From Candidatus Hydrogenedentota bacterium (lineage in GTDB: Bacteria; Hydrogenedentota; Hydrogenedentia; Hydrogenedentales; SLHB01): a stretch of DNA of 64,000 nt. Shown here in pieces: positions 1 through 11,168 of this stretch. Position numbers and translations under genes: made by a program. Numbering within the stretch: position 1 is the first letter of the stretch; the number at the start of each line of letters is the position of its first letter. The notes below the pieces were generated by a model. It was not told the DNA's origin, ran no database searches, and saw only the letters and a program-made list of their open reading frames with translations. Where the stretch lies: contig CAVUWV010000014.1 of the NCBI GenBank assembly GCA_963745075.1, positions 292,344-356,343 on the forward strand. Direction: 5' to 3'.

Positions 1-162
1 TCGACTCCTTGCGTGACGGTTTCGATGGCATCGCAGAGCGGACCGCTATCCAGATCTTGAAAAAGCAGATCACCGGGACACAGCGCGAAACTCGACTGCT
101 GCGCAGAGTCCGTCGCGCAACCGGATACCGTCACAATCAAACCTAGAAGCAATGTTGTCAGG

Positions 163-816
163 TTATTGACGCACTTCAATCGTTCTATCCTCCGCTTCGA
201 CTATGATCTCAACCGCTACCTTAAAGACTTCTTCGAAGAGCCCGCGCTTTCGTAGCCCACCCCAAATGTCCGTAGAACTCGGGCGTCGGAGCAGCGCATG
301 AATCGTCACCGTATCATGTCCTCGCCTCACGCGAAACCCGCACACCGCCGCATCGTGCGCGCGATCCAGACCATCGGCGATCCGGAGCACGGCCGATAGA
401 CGGGAAACCAGCGCCTGGCCGGTTTCGTTCAAATCGCGGAACACCTTGTGATGGGGCCGCGGATGTGCCTTGCGATGGTAGCGCGCCACACAGGCGATGA
501 TGGACCGTTCCCGCTCCGAAAAACCGGTCAGTTCGTAACTCAGGATCAAATCCCTGGCGTGCTTGTGATGACCTTGAACGCTGATCGTGTGACCGATGTC
601 GTGAAGCAGCGCCGCCGCGGTCAATAGCCGTCGGGCCTTTTTATCGAGCCCGTGCAATTTGGCGGTCCGATCGAATAGCTGTTGCGCCAGCCGGCACACC
701 TGAAACGCGTGGGACGGTTCCGGATCTACTTCGCGCGCGAGACGCCGAACCGCGGCAAGAGCATGGTCCGTTCCTTTCCGGCTGGGCGCCGCACTTTCTT
801 TCGATCCTTCGTCCAC
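163..816 (-). CDS. HD-domain phosphohydrolase (Ppx/GppA C-terminal-like)
   Basis: Motifs HAFQV..LA, AALLHDIGH, HHKH, ARYHRK and LRIADGLDRAH match the C-terminal HD domain of exopolyphosphatases. Start moved to GTG 816, which follows GGAGG. Confidence 0.8.
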   Translation of the reverse strand: MDEGSKESAAPSRKGTDHALAAVRRLAREVDPEPSHAFQVCRLAQQLFDRTAKLHGLDKKARRLLTAAALLHDIGHTISVQGHHKHARDLILSYELTGFSERERSIIACVARYHRKAHPRPHHKVFRDLNETGQALVSRLSAVLRIADGLDRAHDAAVCGFRVRRGHDTVTIHALLRRPSSTDIWGGLRKRGLFEEVFKVAVEIIVEAEDRTIEVRQ

Positions 817-830
817 GCAATCCTCCGCTC

Positions 831-3800
831 TTACTCTTTCGTGAGGACCGTCAGGCCGAGATCGACGAACTGACCGCCACGGGTCTGGTGACAATGCATC
901 GCGATGGTGTTTTCTTTTCCCGGCTTGAAGAGGGCGCGCTGGGCATCGGTCAGGGAGACGCGCTCGTAATCCTGCAAATAGCCTTTTTCTTCAAAAAGCG
1001 GTTGGCCGTTCACGTAAACCTCCATGTCTTCATCGTGGTGGAGGGAGAGCCACGCGATACCCTTTTCGAACCCTTTCAGGACATTGATTTTCGTACGCAA
1101 CCAAATGTCCGGGGTCTTCCAATCGGTCCCGACGCGCGCGTGCGGGGTGCCGGAAGTGCCAAACCCACCCTTGCCGATTTCCCAGGCAGTCATGTCAAAG
1201 TCGGGTTGCGCCCAGTCCGGACCCGGATCGCTCAGAACGTAACGCCACACGTGTCCCTTGGGTCCGGTCTCAAGCAGCGTGTGCAAACGATCGGCAATGA
1301 CGTTAACCGCCTTCGCCTCGTCTTTGGGTTTGGACGTACCGGGCGCCAGCGTCAAGAGCAGGGTCGGGTCGGCCGGGGATTGTCCCATCTCGGAACCGTA
1401 CACGGCGAGACCACCTTTGTGGGCCGCGTCGGCCGCAACTTCGACGCGGATGGTGACCGGCTGATTCCGTTCGACCGTCCGTTTCAACGCGGCCAGCGCA
1501 TCGTCTTCGACGGTCATGTTGACCACCTTTCCGTATGACCCGTGTTGATACGCGGCGACATGCGACAGCACGCCCCTCGCATCCGCGAAGTCCGAAGCAA
1601 TGGAGACGGTCTTGATCGGTTCGCCCGCAATCGAAACGGTTACATCGGTGGGCCAGGCGCGGCCATCGGTCTGGGGATAATCCTGGGGTTTGGTGCGTGC
1701 CGGCCAATCGAGCCGTTCCCGATCGGCTTTCGCACCGATCTCCGCAATGAGGTGAGCCTCTTCGATGGAATCGGCTTTCAAGTCCTTGGGCATCTGGATC
1801 TGATACTCGAAGTAGGTGTCGTTGAAGCCGTACACCTTGCCCGGATGTGGCAAGATGGTTACGCTCGACGCTCCCGACTTCGTGTCCGAGAAGGACTGAA
1901 CCGGGAACGTCACCGCGTACACATTGGGTTCATCCCACACGGCCCCATCGACGGCGTGAACCACGCAATAATTTGCGCCAATCCGCTGCCCGTCTTCGAG
2001 GATCTCCGCGACCACAAACATGAGCCCCGAAGCATTGGGGACGCTGAACGCGAAGGGATCTTGCGGTGTGACGTGGTACGAAGCGCCTTCCACCGGTCGC
2101 TCTACGGCCGGTATCCATTCGCTCCAGGAATTCCCGTCAATGCTTTTGCCTTCGACCGATACCCGAAGTTTCAAGTCGTTCCGTTCGGACCAGTGGCTGA
2201 ACAGAATCGGTACGCTTACGTCGCTGCCCGCTTTCGCCTGCTGATAGGGAGCGCAGTCAAGAACCGGATAGTCAGGGCTTTGCAGGTCGGCGACGGTGAT
2301 GTCAGCGGGGTAGTTGTAGATCTTGTCCGAGCGGTCGTAATTCATGAATCCGTTGTGTTCCCACTCGATGTCGGACAGCTCGGTGTAGATGTACCCGTTG
2401 ATGTTGTCCTGCTTGCGGAGCAGATTCGTGAGGAAAAGAAACACCCACGAGATGTCTCGGTCGCCGGACCCGGCACTCACGCCGCCATACTCGGAATTCA
2501 TCAGCGGGGCGGTACCCTGAACCCATCCGTCGGCATAGTTGAAGTCGGACCCGGGAAACGTCTTCTCGACCACCTCCGCGATATGGTCTTTGGCACGGTC
2601 AAAATTGTCGATATAGAAATGCCAGGAGTTGATGTCCGTTTCGGTGTGGTCATACAGACAGGGGGAATTATCTTCTACAAGCCGCGTGGAATCGAGTTCT
2701 TTGGTAAGCGTCCACATCGAATGCGCCCAGTCCTGCGCGGCCTTGTCGTAGCCCTTGTCGCCAATCCCCCAGGTTTCATTAAAGTCCACCCACGCGAAAA
2801 TGGCGGGATGATTGAAGTCGCGCGCAACCTGCCCGCGCAAGATGGTTTCCCACGCGCCGTAGGCCCGGTCGGATTTCTCCCAAAAGTTGGGCATGTCGCA
2901 CATCAGCATGACCCCGAGCTTGTCGGCCCAATACAACGCGCGCGGTTCCTCGGTTTTAATGTGGATGCGCAGACAATTCAGGCCGTACTCCTTCGCCTTC
3001 TCGTAGTCATTGCGGATGAAGTCGTCGTCAGGGTGGGTGTAGATGCCCTTCGGGTTGAACGATTGATGAAGGGCCCCGCGCAGATAGATGGGCTTGTTGT
3101 TGAGCAGGATGTATTCGTGGTCGCTGCCCCCATACGTACCGCGCGCGATGTTCCGCATGCCGAAGTAGGTATGCGCCTCGTCGACAACATCGTCGCCTTT
3201 GCTGAGCGTGAGGTCTACGTCGTACAGCGCCGGAAAATCGGGCGACCATAACGCGGGATTGGGTATGGGCAGGTCGGCCATTATGTAGTTTGTGCCCACG
3301 GCGAGAGAGACCCTTGTCGAATGCGAAGCGGACTGTTCCTCGTGGGTTGCCGCCAACTTCACCGTGTATTCGCCCGCTTCAGCGGCTACGATGTGGAGTT
3401 TGAACTCGGCTCGTTCGCTATCGATATCGGGGTATACGTGTGCTTGCTGCAAATAGGACGAGCCACGGGATTCCATATACACGGTCTGCCAAATCCCGCC
3501 GGTGTGTGTATACCAATGAACTTGTTTTCCTGTCGGCAGATCCGGCTCGTTACGATCCACCGCGCGCACTGTCACGGTAACGGAATCGCCGGGCTTGACC
3601 ATATCCGTCAACTCGACCTCGAAGGGGATGTACCCGCCTTCATGGGAGGTAACTTCCTGGCCATTGATCCACACCGTCGCACTCCAATCGACCGCGCCGA
3701 ACACGAGGAATACGCGCGGACCCGCGTCGGCCGGAATGGTAAACCCGCGCTGGTACCAGGCGACGCCGTCGTAGTCCACGTTGTGAACGCCGGACAACTC

Positions 3801-4028
3801 GCTCTGCCAGGGGAAGGGGACGTTGATCCGGTTGTCGAACGTATGCCCCTCAAACCAACGCTGCTGGAGTCCCTCGTCGTTAGGATCGAATGCAAAATCC
3901 CAGGGGCCGTTGAGGTTCAGCCACGGCCGGGACCAATCGGGACGAGGATGACTTTCCACCGATTGCCACGCCTGGCTCCAGGCAGGGGCGCAAATCAGAA
4001 CCAAGGGCACGATACAACGACTGCTCAT
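831..4028 (-). CDS. Secreted glycoside hydrolase family 2 with C-terminal accessory beta-sandwich domains
   Basis: Signal peptide; GH2 motifs HPRPD..R..WLNLNGPWDF, FGAVD, HEGGY.PF, GIWQTV, RIHIK and RDFNHPAIFAW..FNETWG. Confidence 0.85.
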   Translation of the reverse strand: MSSRCIVPLVLICAPAWSQAWQSVESHPRPDWSRPWLNLNGPWDFAFDPNDEGLQQRWFEGHTFDNRINVPFPWQSELSGVHNVDYDGVAWYQRGFTIPADAGPRVFLVFGAVDWSATVWINGQEVTSHEGGYIPFEVELTDMVKPGDSVTVTVRAVDRNEPDLPTGKQVHWYTHTGGIWQTVYMESRGSSYLQQAHVYPDIDSERAEFKLHIVAAEAGEYTVKLAATHEEQSASHSTRVSLAVGTNYIMADLPIPNPALWSPDFPALYDVDLTLSKGDDVVDEAHTYFGMRNIARGTYGGSDHEYILLNNKPIYLRGALHQSFNPKGIYTHPDDDFIRNDYEKAKEYGLNCLRIHIKTEEPRALYWADKLGVMLMCDMPNFWEKSDRAYGAWETILRGQVARDFNHPAIFAWVDFNETWGIGDKGYDKAAQDWAHSMWTLTKELDSTRLVEDNSPCLYDHTETDINSWHFYIDNFDRAKDHIAEVVEKTFPGSDFNYADGWVQGTAPLMNSEYGGVSAGSGDRDISWVFLFLTNLLRKQDNINGYIYTELSDIEWEHNGFMNYDRSDKIYNYPADITVADLQSPDYPVLDCAPYQQAKAGSDVSVPILFSHWSERNDLKLRVSVEGKSIDGNSWSEWIPAVERPVEGASYHVTPQDPFAFSVPNASGLMFVVAEILEDGQRIGANYCVVHAVDGAVWDEPNVYAVTFPVQSFSDTKSGASSVTILPHPGKVYGFNDTYFEYQIQMPKDLKADSIEEAHLIAEIGAKADRERLDWPARTKPQDYPQTDGRAWPTDVTVSIAGEPIKTVSIASDFADARGVLSHVAAYQHGSYGKVVNMTVEDDALAALKRTVERNQPVTIRVEVAADAAHKGGLAVYGSEMGQSPADPTLLLTLAPGTSKPKDEAKAVNVIADRLHTLLETGPKGHVWRYVLSDPGPDWAQPDFDMTAWEIGKGGFGTSGTPHARVGTDWKTPDIWLRTKINVLKGFEKGIAWLSLHHDEDMEVYVNGQPLFEEKGYLQDYERVSLTDAQRALFKPGKENTIAMHCHQTRGGQFVDLGLTVLTKE

Positions 4029-4178
4029 GACGGCTCTCCTCGACGGCGGAAAACATTCCCCTACATTGTTACGGTGTGGAACCGCTATCCTATGGGCGTT
4101 TGGCGAAAGGTGTCAACCTTCTTAGTTTGCGCACTGGTGCGCGGCGGGTGACTACGGCATGCGGGAGAGATAAGGATC

Positions 4179-5909
4179 TTGTTGACTGGAGAAAAGCTCA
4201 CGCGGTCCGAGCAGTTTCGATTGATCGTTGCCTGTTTGGCGGTGGTGGGTTGCGCGGTGGCGTACTCGCCGCATTTAACGTCGTTTCTGCATGTCAAAGA
4301 AGGGGTGTTGGCCCTGTTTACGGGCATCCTCGGCATGCTGTTGATGTTTTCGGGGCGGGTTTCACGAGGGGGGACCGTATTCCTGTCGCCGCTTCTCCTC
4401 CTGGCCGTGGTTTCTGCGTCGGAAGGTGTTTGCGGATATATACGTCTCGATCGGGCTGCCCAAGTGGAACTACTGCGCTGGGCAGTCCTCGGCGCATTCC
4501 TGCTCAGCATCTTCGATCTGCTCGAGCGCGACGTTGCGCGTCGAGTACTCACGAAGACGATCGTGGGGTCGGCCGTGCTGGTTGCCCTTCTCGGCATCGC
4601 CCAATACGCCGGGCTCGCGCGATGGATGTTCCCCGACTACAATGGAAAAGCGCACGCACTTTATTCTGTTTTCGGCAATCCCGGCTTGTTTGGCGGATAC
4701 CTTGCGGCAGCCCTGCCATTGGCGGTTTGGGGGCTGGTGAAAGCCGGTCCGAAACAAATCGTTTGGTCGATGTACACCATTGTCTTGGCCGCAGGCTTGG
4801 CACTCTCGGGTACGCGCTCCGCATGGGGGGCAGCTCTGGCCGGAATTCTTCTTGTCGTGATTCAGGGCCGGTTCTGGAATCGCCGGGCGGCATTGGCCGT
4901 AGGGATACTTATCCTCGCCGTGGTCGGCGTCGTTCTGGTCGCGCCAAACATGACGCTTGAGCGCGTACAGACCGCGGTCCACCACGCCGATCCCAGTATA
5001 GGGCTCCGCCTCTGGTTTTGGGCGGGTGCATTGCAGATGATCCGGGACCATTTGCCGTTCGGCGCTGGTCCTGGAAGTTTCGCCTATTATAGCCCGCTGG
5101 CGCTCGGGGAAGTGCTTCATCATGCGGGAGGTGACTGGTTCATACATAACGAACTTCACACCGATCATGCCCACAACGACCTTCTCGAACTCGGCGCCGA
5201 GTTCGGCATTCCGGGGCTGCTTTTGCTGTTCTGGTGGGGACTACGACTGCTCCGGTGTTCCGGGCCGGAATGGGGAGGACTGATTGCGCTTCTTGTGTTC
5301 TCGTGCTTCTATTTCCCGTTCTACAGCGCTCCGCACGCGCTCGTCGGGTTGTTGCTTGCCGGCATGCTGTTTGCCCGGCATAGGGAGCGCATCGTTCTCG
5401 CAGACACCGCCGGCTCCCGGGCCGGCCGCTGGGGCGCCATCGCGATTGGAAGCGGCGCCCTGTGTGTGGCGCCGCTGGTTTTCTGGATGGTGTTGCTTCC
5501 CAGCTTCCGACTGCGCGCGGCGGAGGATATCCACGTGGCGAACGGCGATCCCGTGCCGGCGTACCAACGCGCGTTGCGCTGCGATTGGGCGCCCGCGGAA
5601 GTCCACGAGAAGCTCGGCCTCGCCTTGTTGCAGGCGAGACATGCCGCCGGCGCGGAAGAAGAATTCCATCGTGCCTTGGAAGGTATGGACACCGGATCCG
5701 TCTACTTAGGGTTGGGTGTGGCACTCCTCCAACAGGGGAAAAACTCCGAAGCGCGGGATGCATTCGAGGCGTGCGTATACCGCTGGCCGTCTTACCAAGA
5801 AGGGTGGGAACTGCTGCTACGCGTAACGCCAAAGGAGGGGCGGGCCAACGTCGTCCGGCGTGCGGAACGATGGCTCGGTCCCGGTAAACTGAACGCGAAG
5901 GAAGAGTGA
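4179..5909 (+). CDS. O-antigen ligase (Wzy_C)-family membrane protein with C-terminal TPR
   Basis: Many TM segments; SVFGNPG, LSGTRSAW and HAHNDLLELGAEFG motifs; TPR-like helices at the C-terminus. Confidence 0.8.
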   Translation: MLTGEKLTRSEQFRLIVACLAVVGCAVAYSPHLTSFLHVKEGVLALFTGILGMLLMFSGRVSRGGTVFLSPLLLLAVVSASEGVCGYIRLDRAAQVELLRWAVLGAFLLSIFDLLERDVARRVLTKTIVGSAVLVALLGIAQYAGLARWMFPDYNGKAHALYSVFGNPGLFGGYLAAALPLAVWGLVKAGPKQIVWSMYTIVLAAGLALSGTRSAWGAALAGILLVVIQGRFWNRRAALAVGILILAVVGVVLVAPNMTLERVQTAVHHADPSIGLRLWFWAGALQMIRDHLPFGAGPGSFAYYSPLALGEVLHHAGGDWFIHNELHTDHAHNDLLELGAEFGIPGLLLLFWWGLRLLRCSGPEWGGLIALLVFSCFYFPFYSAPHALVGLLLAGMLFARHRERIVLADTAGSRAGRWGAIAIGSGALCVAPLVFWMVLLPSFRLRAAEDIHVANGDPVPAYQRALRCDWAPAEVHEKLGLALLQARHAAGAEEEFHRALEGMDTGSVYLGLGVALLQQGKNSEARDAFEACVYRWPSYQEGWELLLRVTPKEGRANVVRRAERWLGPGKLNAKEE

Positions 5910-5916
5910 GGGGATG

Positions 5917-7360
5917 CTACGACGCCTTGCTGACGGGTAGCAGTCCGCGCACCGTGCCGTGAATCGTCTCGTTCTCCGGCGCGGCAACGCGAACCGTATA
6001 ACGGGAACCTGGAATGATGTCGGTCACGATTTCGTATGGCGCCTGCTCAACGACTTTAACAACCGTTTCGCCGGATACCAATTGCGCGCGGAGCGGGGCG
6101 TCTGCGCGATCCGCAACAATCGCGATAGCGGCTTTGCCACAGAGCGCGTCCAGCCACGGGGAGCCGGTCGTCGCCCAGATTAGCGAGTACTGAAACGGCG
6201 CAGTTCCCGGGGGAAGCGGGCTGGCGTGGTCTTGGGACGTTGAATTCGCCGCGAATTTCTCAATGGCCGGCCACTGCCGGGTCGGTTCCATTCCCACCAA
6301 CGTCAGCCAAAGGGCAACGCCGAGAAGCGTAGCCAGGACGGAATGAATGGCACAGACCCCGATCAACCGTCCCAAGTGACCTCCCGGTAGGAACAGTAAG
6401 GCAACGACCGTTGACGCAGCAAGCGGGCCAACGACCGCGTAGCGCTGATACGGGATGGGCATCCACAGGAGGAGATACGACACGCAGGCCACCAGGAGTC
6501 CCGCGCCGCATGCATCAATGAGCGACATCCCGTCGATGCGGAAAACACGGAAGAGCCCCCACAAGACCACGGGGCAGCAAAGGAGCAAGCCCCCGCCAAT
6601 CGCCAGACGCGGCCAATAGAGGACTCCCGCCAATGCAGCGTATACGGAAGCCGGGAGCGTTTCGCTGGTCGATTCCACCGGAAGATAGCGTAGTCCGATG
6701 TACACCGCCCCGGAGAATGCCATGACGGAAAGGAGCCCCCCCACCAATGGCCGCGCCCACGTTGCGCCAGAACGTCGTACGTTCGGGCAACGGTTTTACG
6801 CTGAGAGGCGTGTGGGGATGTGCGAGGGAGGCGTGGCATTGCCAACACCGGTCGAATTCCTCGCTGTTTTGAGCGCCGCAGTTCTCGCAGATGCGTCCGC
6901 TGCGCAAGTTGATACCGCTGTCGCTGTCGGCGAGGTGCAGCTCATCCTGGGGCGTATTGGCCGGTGTCGATCGCAGCCGCTGGACGGAACGGCTGGCAAT
7001 CGAGTGGTCCGGATCGAGCCGCAGCACCCCTTCCCAGGCGGTCGCGGCTTGTTCGGCATGGCCGGCCACTTCGTGCACCTTGGCAAGCTGCTCCCATACC
7101 GGAATCTCCGATGGCCACTGCGCGAGGATTTGTTCCAGCTCCGTTACCGCCTCATCGTACCGGCCCAACCGATAGTACGTGGCCGCAAGATACCGAAGTA
7201 TGTTGAGCTTCCGGTTCCACTTCTTCTTCAGGATTTGAAGGTGCTTCAGAGACTCGTTGTACTCCCAGGCCATATACAACTTCTTGGCCAGACGCCACCG
7301 GTATTCGTAAGCGTCGGGATGATTCACGACGTAGTCCGCCAAATCCTTGAGATCATTCAT
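5917..7360 (-). CDS. TPR + zinc-ribbon + multi-TM membrane protein (apparent frameshift at 6736-6742)
   Basis: ORF 6515..7360 has TPRs and CENCG..CWQC; ORF 5917..6747 has TM helices. Removing one base from the C7 run joins them as ...GAAIGGGLLSVMAF... Confidence 0.65.
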
Positions 7361-7420
7361 GGATGCTACTCACCGGTCATCGCAGGCGCGCGGCAATGTA
7401 TCGACATGAGCCGAAACGGG

Positions 7421-7681
7421 TCATCGTTTCTTCGCCTTCTTTCGGGTTTGTGCGTGACGCCGTTTCGACCGTACCTGAAGCGCCGTATTGACGATCCAGG
7501 TGACGATTCCCGAAGCGAAAAAGGCAAGCAAGACTCCCAACCCGAACGGGATCGGCCACTCCTGATCTTCCCGCACGACGTGCCAGGACAAGTATATAGC
7601 CGGAATCAGAAGAATGGCGAATACGACCACCAAAAACACCCAACCCACGCTATCAATCGGACTGCGGTCTTGTTTTGGCAT
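7421..7681 (-). CDS. Small two-TM membrane protein
   Basis: 86 aa, two hydrophobic helices, basic tail; AAGGAG upstream; same strand as neighbours. Confidence 0.65.
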   Translation of the reverse strand: MPKQDRSPIDSVGWVFLVVVFAILLIPAIYLSWHVVREDQEWPIPFGLGVLLAFFASGIVTWIVNTALQVRSKRRHAQTRKKAKKR

Positions 7682-7693
7682 AAGCTCCTTCGA

Positions 7694-8944
7694 CTACTCC
7701 TGCGGTATGACGATTCGAAACAACGCGCCGCCTTCCGGAGAGTGCGACACGCTCAATTGGCCATCATGTTCTGCGACGATCTTCTGACAAACGGCCAACC
7801 CGAGCCCGGTTCCTTGCGACCCCTTGGTCGAGTAGAACGGATCGAAGATCCGTTTCGTGTCCTTCTCGGGTATCCCTGGGCCATTGTCCGATACCTCAAT
7901 AACCAACGCGTTCTTCTCGACGTTTCTCGCTTCGATGCGAACTGCACCGCCTTCGTTCGGCAGCGCCTCCGCTGCGTTCAGGACCAGATTCAACAAGCAA
8001 CGATACAATCCACGAGGATCCACGCGGCTTTCCCCGGTCAGTGCTTCCGATGTAACGGTCAACTCAATCTTCTTGCGCGAAAGCATCGCCCAGAATGTCT
8101 GGGACACGTCCTCGATGAGCCCCTGAATATCCGTCAGTTCGCGATGGGGGACGCGCGGCTTGCTGAAGGCGAGCATATCTTCCACGAAGTTGGCGATTCG
8201 TTTCGTGCTGCGTTTGAAAATCGGCCAACTACGTTCCAGAAATTCCGAATTGTTTCGTTCGAGCCCCTGGTCGATCAAGTCTACACTGCCGCTCATCCCG
8301 GTGATGATGTTCTTCGTATAATGGGCCAATCCGGCCACCGCTTGGCCCAGCGCGGCCAGACGTTCGGCCTGAAGATTCTCTTCGATAAGTCGGGCGTTTG
8401 CGATGGACGTTGCCACGAGACCTCCGAAGATCTCCATCACGTGGAGGTCGGTGCTGGTGAAGGGGCCGCCCCCAACTTTGTTCACAACCTCGATGACGCC
8501 GATGAGATTCTCCCGATCCAAGAGCGGAACCGCCAACAACGATCGCGTCTCAAAGTGGCTGGTCTCGTCTGCGGACTGATAGAAGCGGCGATCCTCGCGC
8601 ACGTCGGGCACGTTCACGGACTGGCGGGTTTCCGCCGCGACCCCGGCAATGCCCTCGCCCTTGCTCAGCCGGACCTCGCGCTTGAGGGCCTCCTGATCGC
8701 CCGACTCACCGAGGGCAACTTCGAAGTAGAGTTCTTCCGTGGCGGCGTCATACAGCATGAGCGAGCAGGCTTCTGCGTGAGCTATCTGCTTGCTTTCCTC
8801 CATGATGCGGGCCAGCAGGGTATTGAGATCGGTAATGAGCGCGATAAACCGATGAACTCGGTATAGAACATCCACGATGCGCCGCAACTCATCGGGCGAA
8901 ACGTCATCGAGCCACGCGGCATTTTCCGATATGTTGGAGGTCAC
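7694..8944 (-). CDS. GAF-domain sensor histidine kinase
   Basis: GAF domain (ACSLML, GEGIAG, RSLLAVPL), H-box LAHYTKN, N-box NLVLNA, DNGPGI and GTGLGL. Start GTG 8944 lies just after the M28 stop. Confidence 0.9.
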   Translation of the reverse strand: MTSNISENAAWLDDVSPDELRRIVDVLYRVHRFIALITDLNTLLARIMEESKQIAHAEACSLMLYDAATEELYFEVALGESGDQEALKREVRLSKGEGIAGVAAETRQSVNVPDVREDRRFYQSADETSHFETRSLLAVPLLDRENLIGVIEVVNKVGGGPFTSTDLHVMEIFGGLVATSIANARLIEENLQAERLAALGQAVAGLAHYTKNIITGMSGSVDLIDQGLERNNSEFLERSWPIFKRSTKRIANFVEDMLAFSKPRVPHRELTDIQGLIEDVSQTFWAMLSRKKIELTVTSEALTGESRVDPRGLYRCLLNLVLNAAEALPNEGGAVRIEARNVEKNALVIEVSDNGPGIPEKDTKRIFDPFYSTKGSQGTGLGLAVCQKIVAEHDGQLSVSHSPEGGALFRIVIPQE

Positions 8945-8945
8945 G

Positions 8946-9995
8946 TCAGTCCCGCGCCTGCCGGTCAAGATAGGCATCAATCTCTGGAAGGGCATCATAG
9001 ATCACGTCGCCGACGACCTGCAAACTATCCGCGCTTACGTGGTCGATGGTGTCGTTGGCCGTATGCCACAGGTTGCTGTGATCCAGGCGGGAGCCGCCGT
9101 ACTCGAAATCGATGACTTCCAGCGACGAAACGCCGGCCAGACGGAACGGCATATGGTCATCCTGAATCGTCGTGGATTGCGACAGGAAATGACCGGAATA
9201 CCCCTGGCTCGCCGCAGTAGTCCAAACGATATTGCTCAACCATCCCGGAGCGCCCGCATCGCGGACGATCCCAAGGTACTTGTCGCCGATCATGTCGACG
9301 TTGATCATCGCGTCCACACTTTTGAGCTTCCCTTGATGGCGCAACGTTCGAACGAATTCCCGGCTTCCGTACAAACTGTCCGTGTCCGACCAGTCCTTGA
9401 AGGCCTCCTCGCCATCGAACCACACCAGCCAAACGCTCCGTCCATCGCGCCGAGGTCCCAAGGCGCGCGCCATTTCGATCGTCCACGCGGTGGTCGACCC
9501 GCCGTCGTTTGCGCCCACAAACCGAAAGTCCGGGAAATACTTCGTGTCGTAATGATTTCCCAAAAGAATCACACCGTCCTGCGACCCTTGAATGGTGCCC
9601 ACCACGTTTACCATGCGCCGCTTCCCCAAGGGAGTTTCGACTTCGAAAGGGTATTCCTTTACCGGAATGCCGGCCTTATTGAGTTCTTCCCGGATCATCG
9701 ACCGCGTACGTTCAGCTTCCGGAGAACCCGGGGGCCGCGGCCCGAGTGCGCAGATCCGCTCCAAATCGGCATAGGCCCGCTTGCCGTCGAAAGGAGAACG
9801 CGCACCGGCCTGGTTTGGGATTTGTGCCTTGTCGCGATAGGCCATCTGGTGCATTCCGGCGCTGAACAGGAGGAGCAAGATAAAGGTACTGACCCCGCCA
9901 GCGACGATGACTTTCAAGGCCGTTTTTCCGAACGAGGCCCGTCGTCTCGGCTTACGAGGAGGGTTGGACGCTTTCTTCGTGCGTTTCTTGCTCAT
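8946..9995 (-). CDS. M28-family peptidase / glutaminyl cyclase-like protein
   Basis: N-terminal TM; GNHYDTK, GANDGGS, FDGEE, NVDMIGD, QDDHMPF and WHTANDT motifs. Confidence 0.85.
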   Translation of the reverse strand: MSKKRTKKASNPPRKPRRRASFGKTALKVIVAGGVSTFILLLLFSAGMHQMAYRDKAQIPNQAGARSPFDGKRAYADLERICALGPRPPGSPEAERTRSMIREELNKAGIPVKEYPFEVETPLGKRRMVNVVGTIQGSQDGVILLGNHYDTKYFPDFRFVGANDGGSTTAWTIEMARALGPRRDGRSVWLVWFDGEEAFKDWSDTDSLYGSREFVRTLRHQGKLKSVDAMINVDMIGDKYLGIVRDAGAPGWLSNIVWTTAASQGYSGHFLSQSTTIQDDHMPFRLAGVSSLEVIDFEYGGSRLDHSNLWHTANDTIDHVSADSLQVVGDVIYDALPEIDAYLDRQARD

Positions 9996-10043
9996 GTCGG
10001 AATTATGCGGTTGTTCGCTGGTAGCGGCAAGTGTCGGGTCCGG

Positions 10044-10775
10044 CTACGGGGTTGGGGCCGGAGCAACTCGGGTCGCACAATGCTGCACGAAGGCCGCCAT
10101 TAGCCAATTGGGAGGAGACGGTTCCCGTTCCGGGTGCCATTGCACTCCGATGACAAAGTCGCGGTCTGGACGCTCGATCGCTTCGATAATCCCGTCATCA
10201 CTCGATGCGGCAAGTCGAAATCCCGCCGGGACTTCGCGAATGGCCTGATGGTGGGATGACGTAACCGTGTGGCATAGGCCCGGGGCGAGGCCGGCCAATT
10301 TCGTTTCCTCGACCAACTGCACTTCATGCCGCAGCATTCGGCTTTCGTCGCCGTGCAACCGGGCGTTTGGGCACGCGGTCGGGATGTCCTGTATCATCCC
10401 TCCGCCGGCAACGACGTTCATCACCTGCATTCCCAGGCAAATACCCAGGAGCGGCATGTCGACAGACAGAGCCCCCTTCAGCCACAGACATTCGCTCTCC
10501 CAACGTTCCATCGGCAGGGGTACGGAGGCCGGATGTTGGGGTTCCCCAAGTACCGACGCGGGGATATCGTCGTTTCCACCCGACAGAATTAATCCGTCCA
10601 ACCGTTGCAGAGTCTGCTCTACGTTGGGGGCATCCGCGGTAGGCAGGATGACCGGGAGGCCTCCGGCATTGGCGACCCCCGAGCAGTAACTGGCCAAAAT
10701 CGAGTTGGCATTCCAGGGGCGCCCCTGGAGGGTATTGGGTAGAAACTCGCTGGTTATTCCAATGATGGGTTTCAT
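10044..10775 (-). CDS. Gamma-glutamyl-gamma-aminobutyrate hydrolase family (peptidase C26, class I glutamine amidotransferase)
   Basis: MKPIIGIT start, LDGLILSGG, LGICLGMQ (catalytic Cys), SSHHQ and QWHPE. Confidence 0.88.
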   Translation of the reverse strand: MKPIIGITSEFLPNTLQGRPWNANSILASYCSGVANAGGLPVILPTADAPNVEQTLQRLDGLILSGGNDDIPASVLGEPQHPASVPLPMERWESECLWLKGALSVDMPLLGICLGMQVMNVVAGGGMIQDIPTACPNARLHGDESRMLRHEVQLVEETKLAGLAPGLCHTVTSSHHQAIREVPAGFRLAASSDDGIIEAIERPDRDFVIGVQWHPEREPSPPNWLMAAFVQHCATRVAPAPTP

Positions 10776-11168
10776 CGAGCGTATCTCCGGAACTGGCAAT
10801 AACTTAAAATGAGCGAAGGGCGTCCAGGTATATCCATCCCTCTCGGATACCCTTTCTTGATTTGTAAGATAATAAATAACAGTACTTTACATGGAATTCG
10901 ACATACGTCCTGCCAGCCGTTGGCTAGACCCTGGACGGGGGAGTATACCACGGTCCATTGGGCGCAATGCGAACTCCATAACTTTTTGTGGGTAACCCGT
11001 GACATTTGCGAAACCTGTGCATTCCGAGCCGGGTCTAATTTAGTGACTTGGAGTGCGTCGCGGGGATGCGCACTACTCTAGTAGGTGCAGAAAACGTTCG
11101 GCTCAGTCGCGGGATCTCCGTAGTCAAAACGAGCGAAAGACCTTTCTTGAAAGTGGTATGGAGGACAT

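Noticed and set aside
6698..8866. 722-aa plus-strand ORF, and similar long antisense ORFs such as 1542..3251, 14245..15861, 35351..36691, 41076..42428 and 48419..49753
   Set aside because: They are shadows of well-supported genes on the opposite strand in GC-rich DNA and contain no recognisable motifs.
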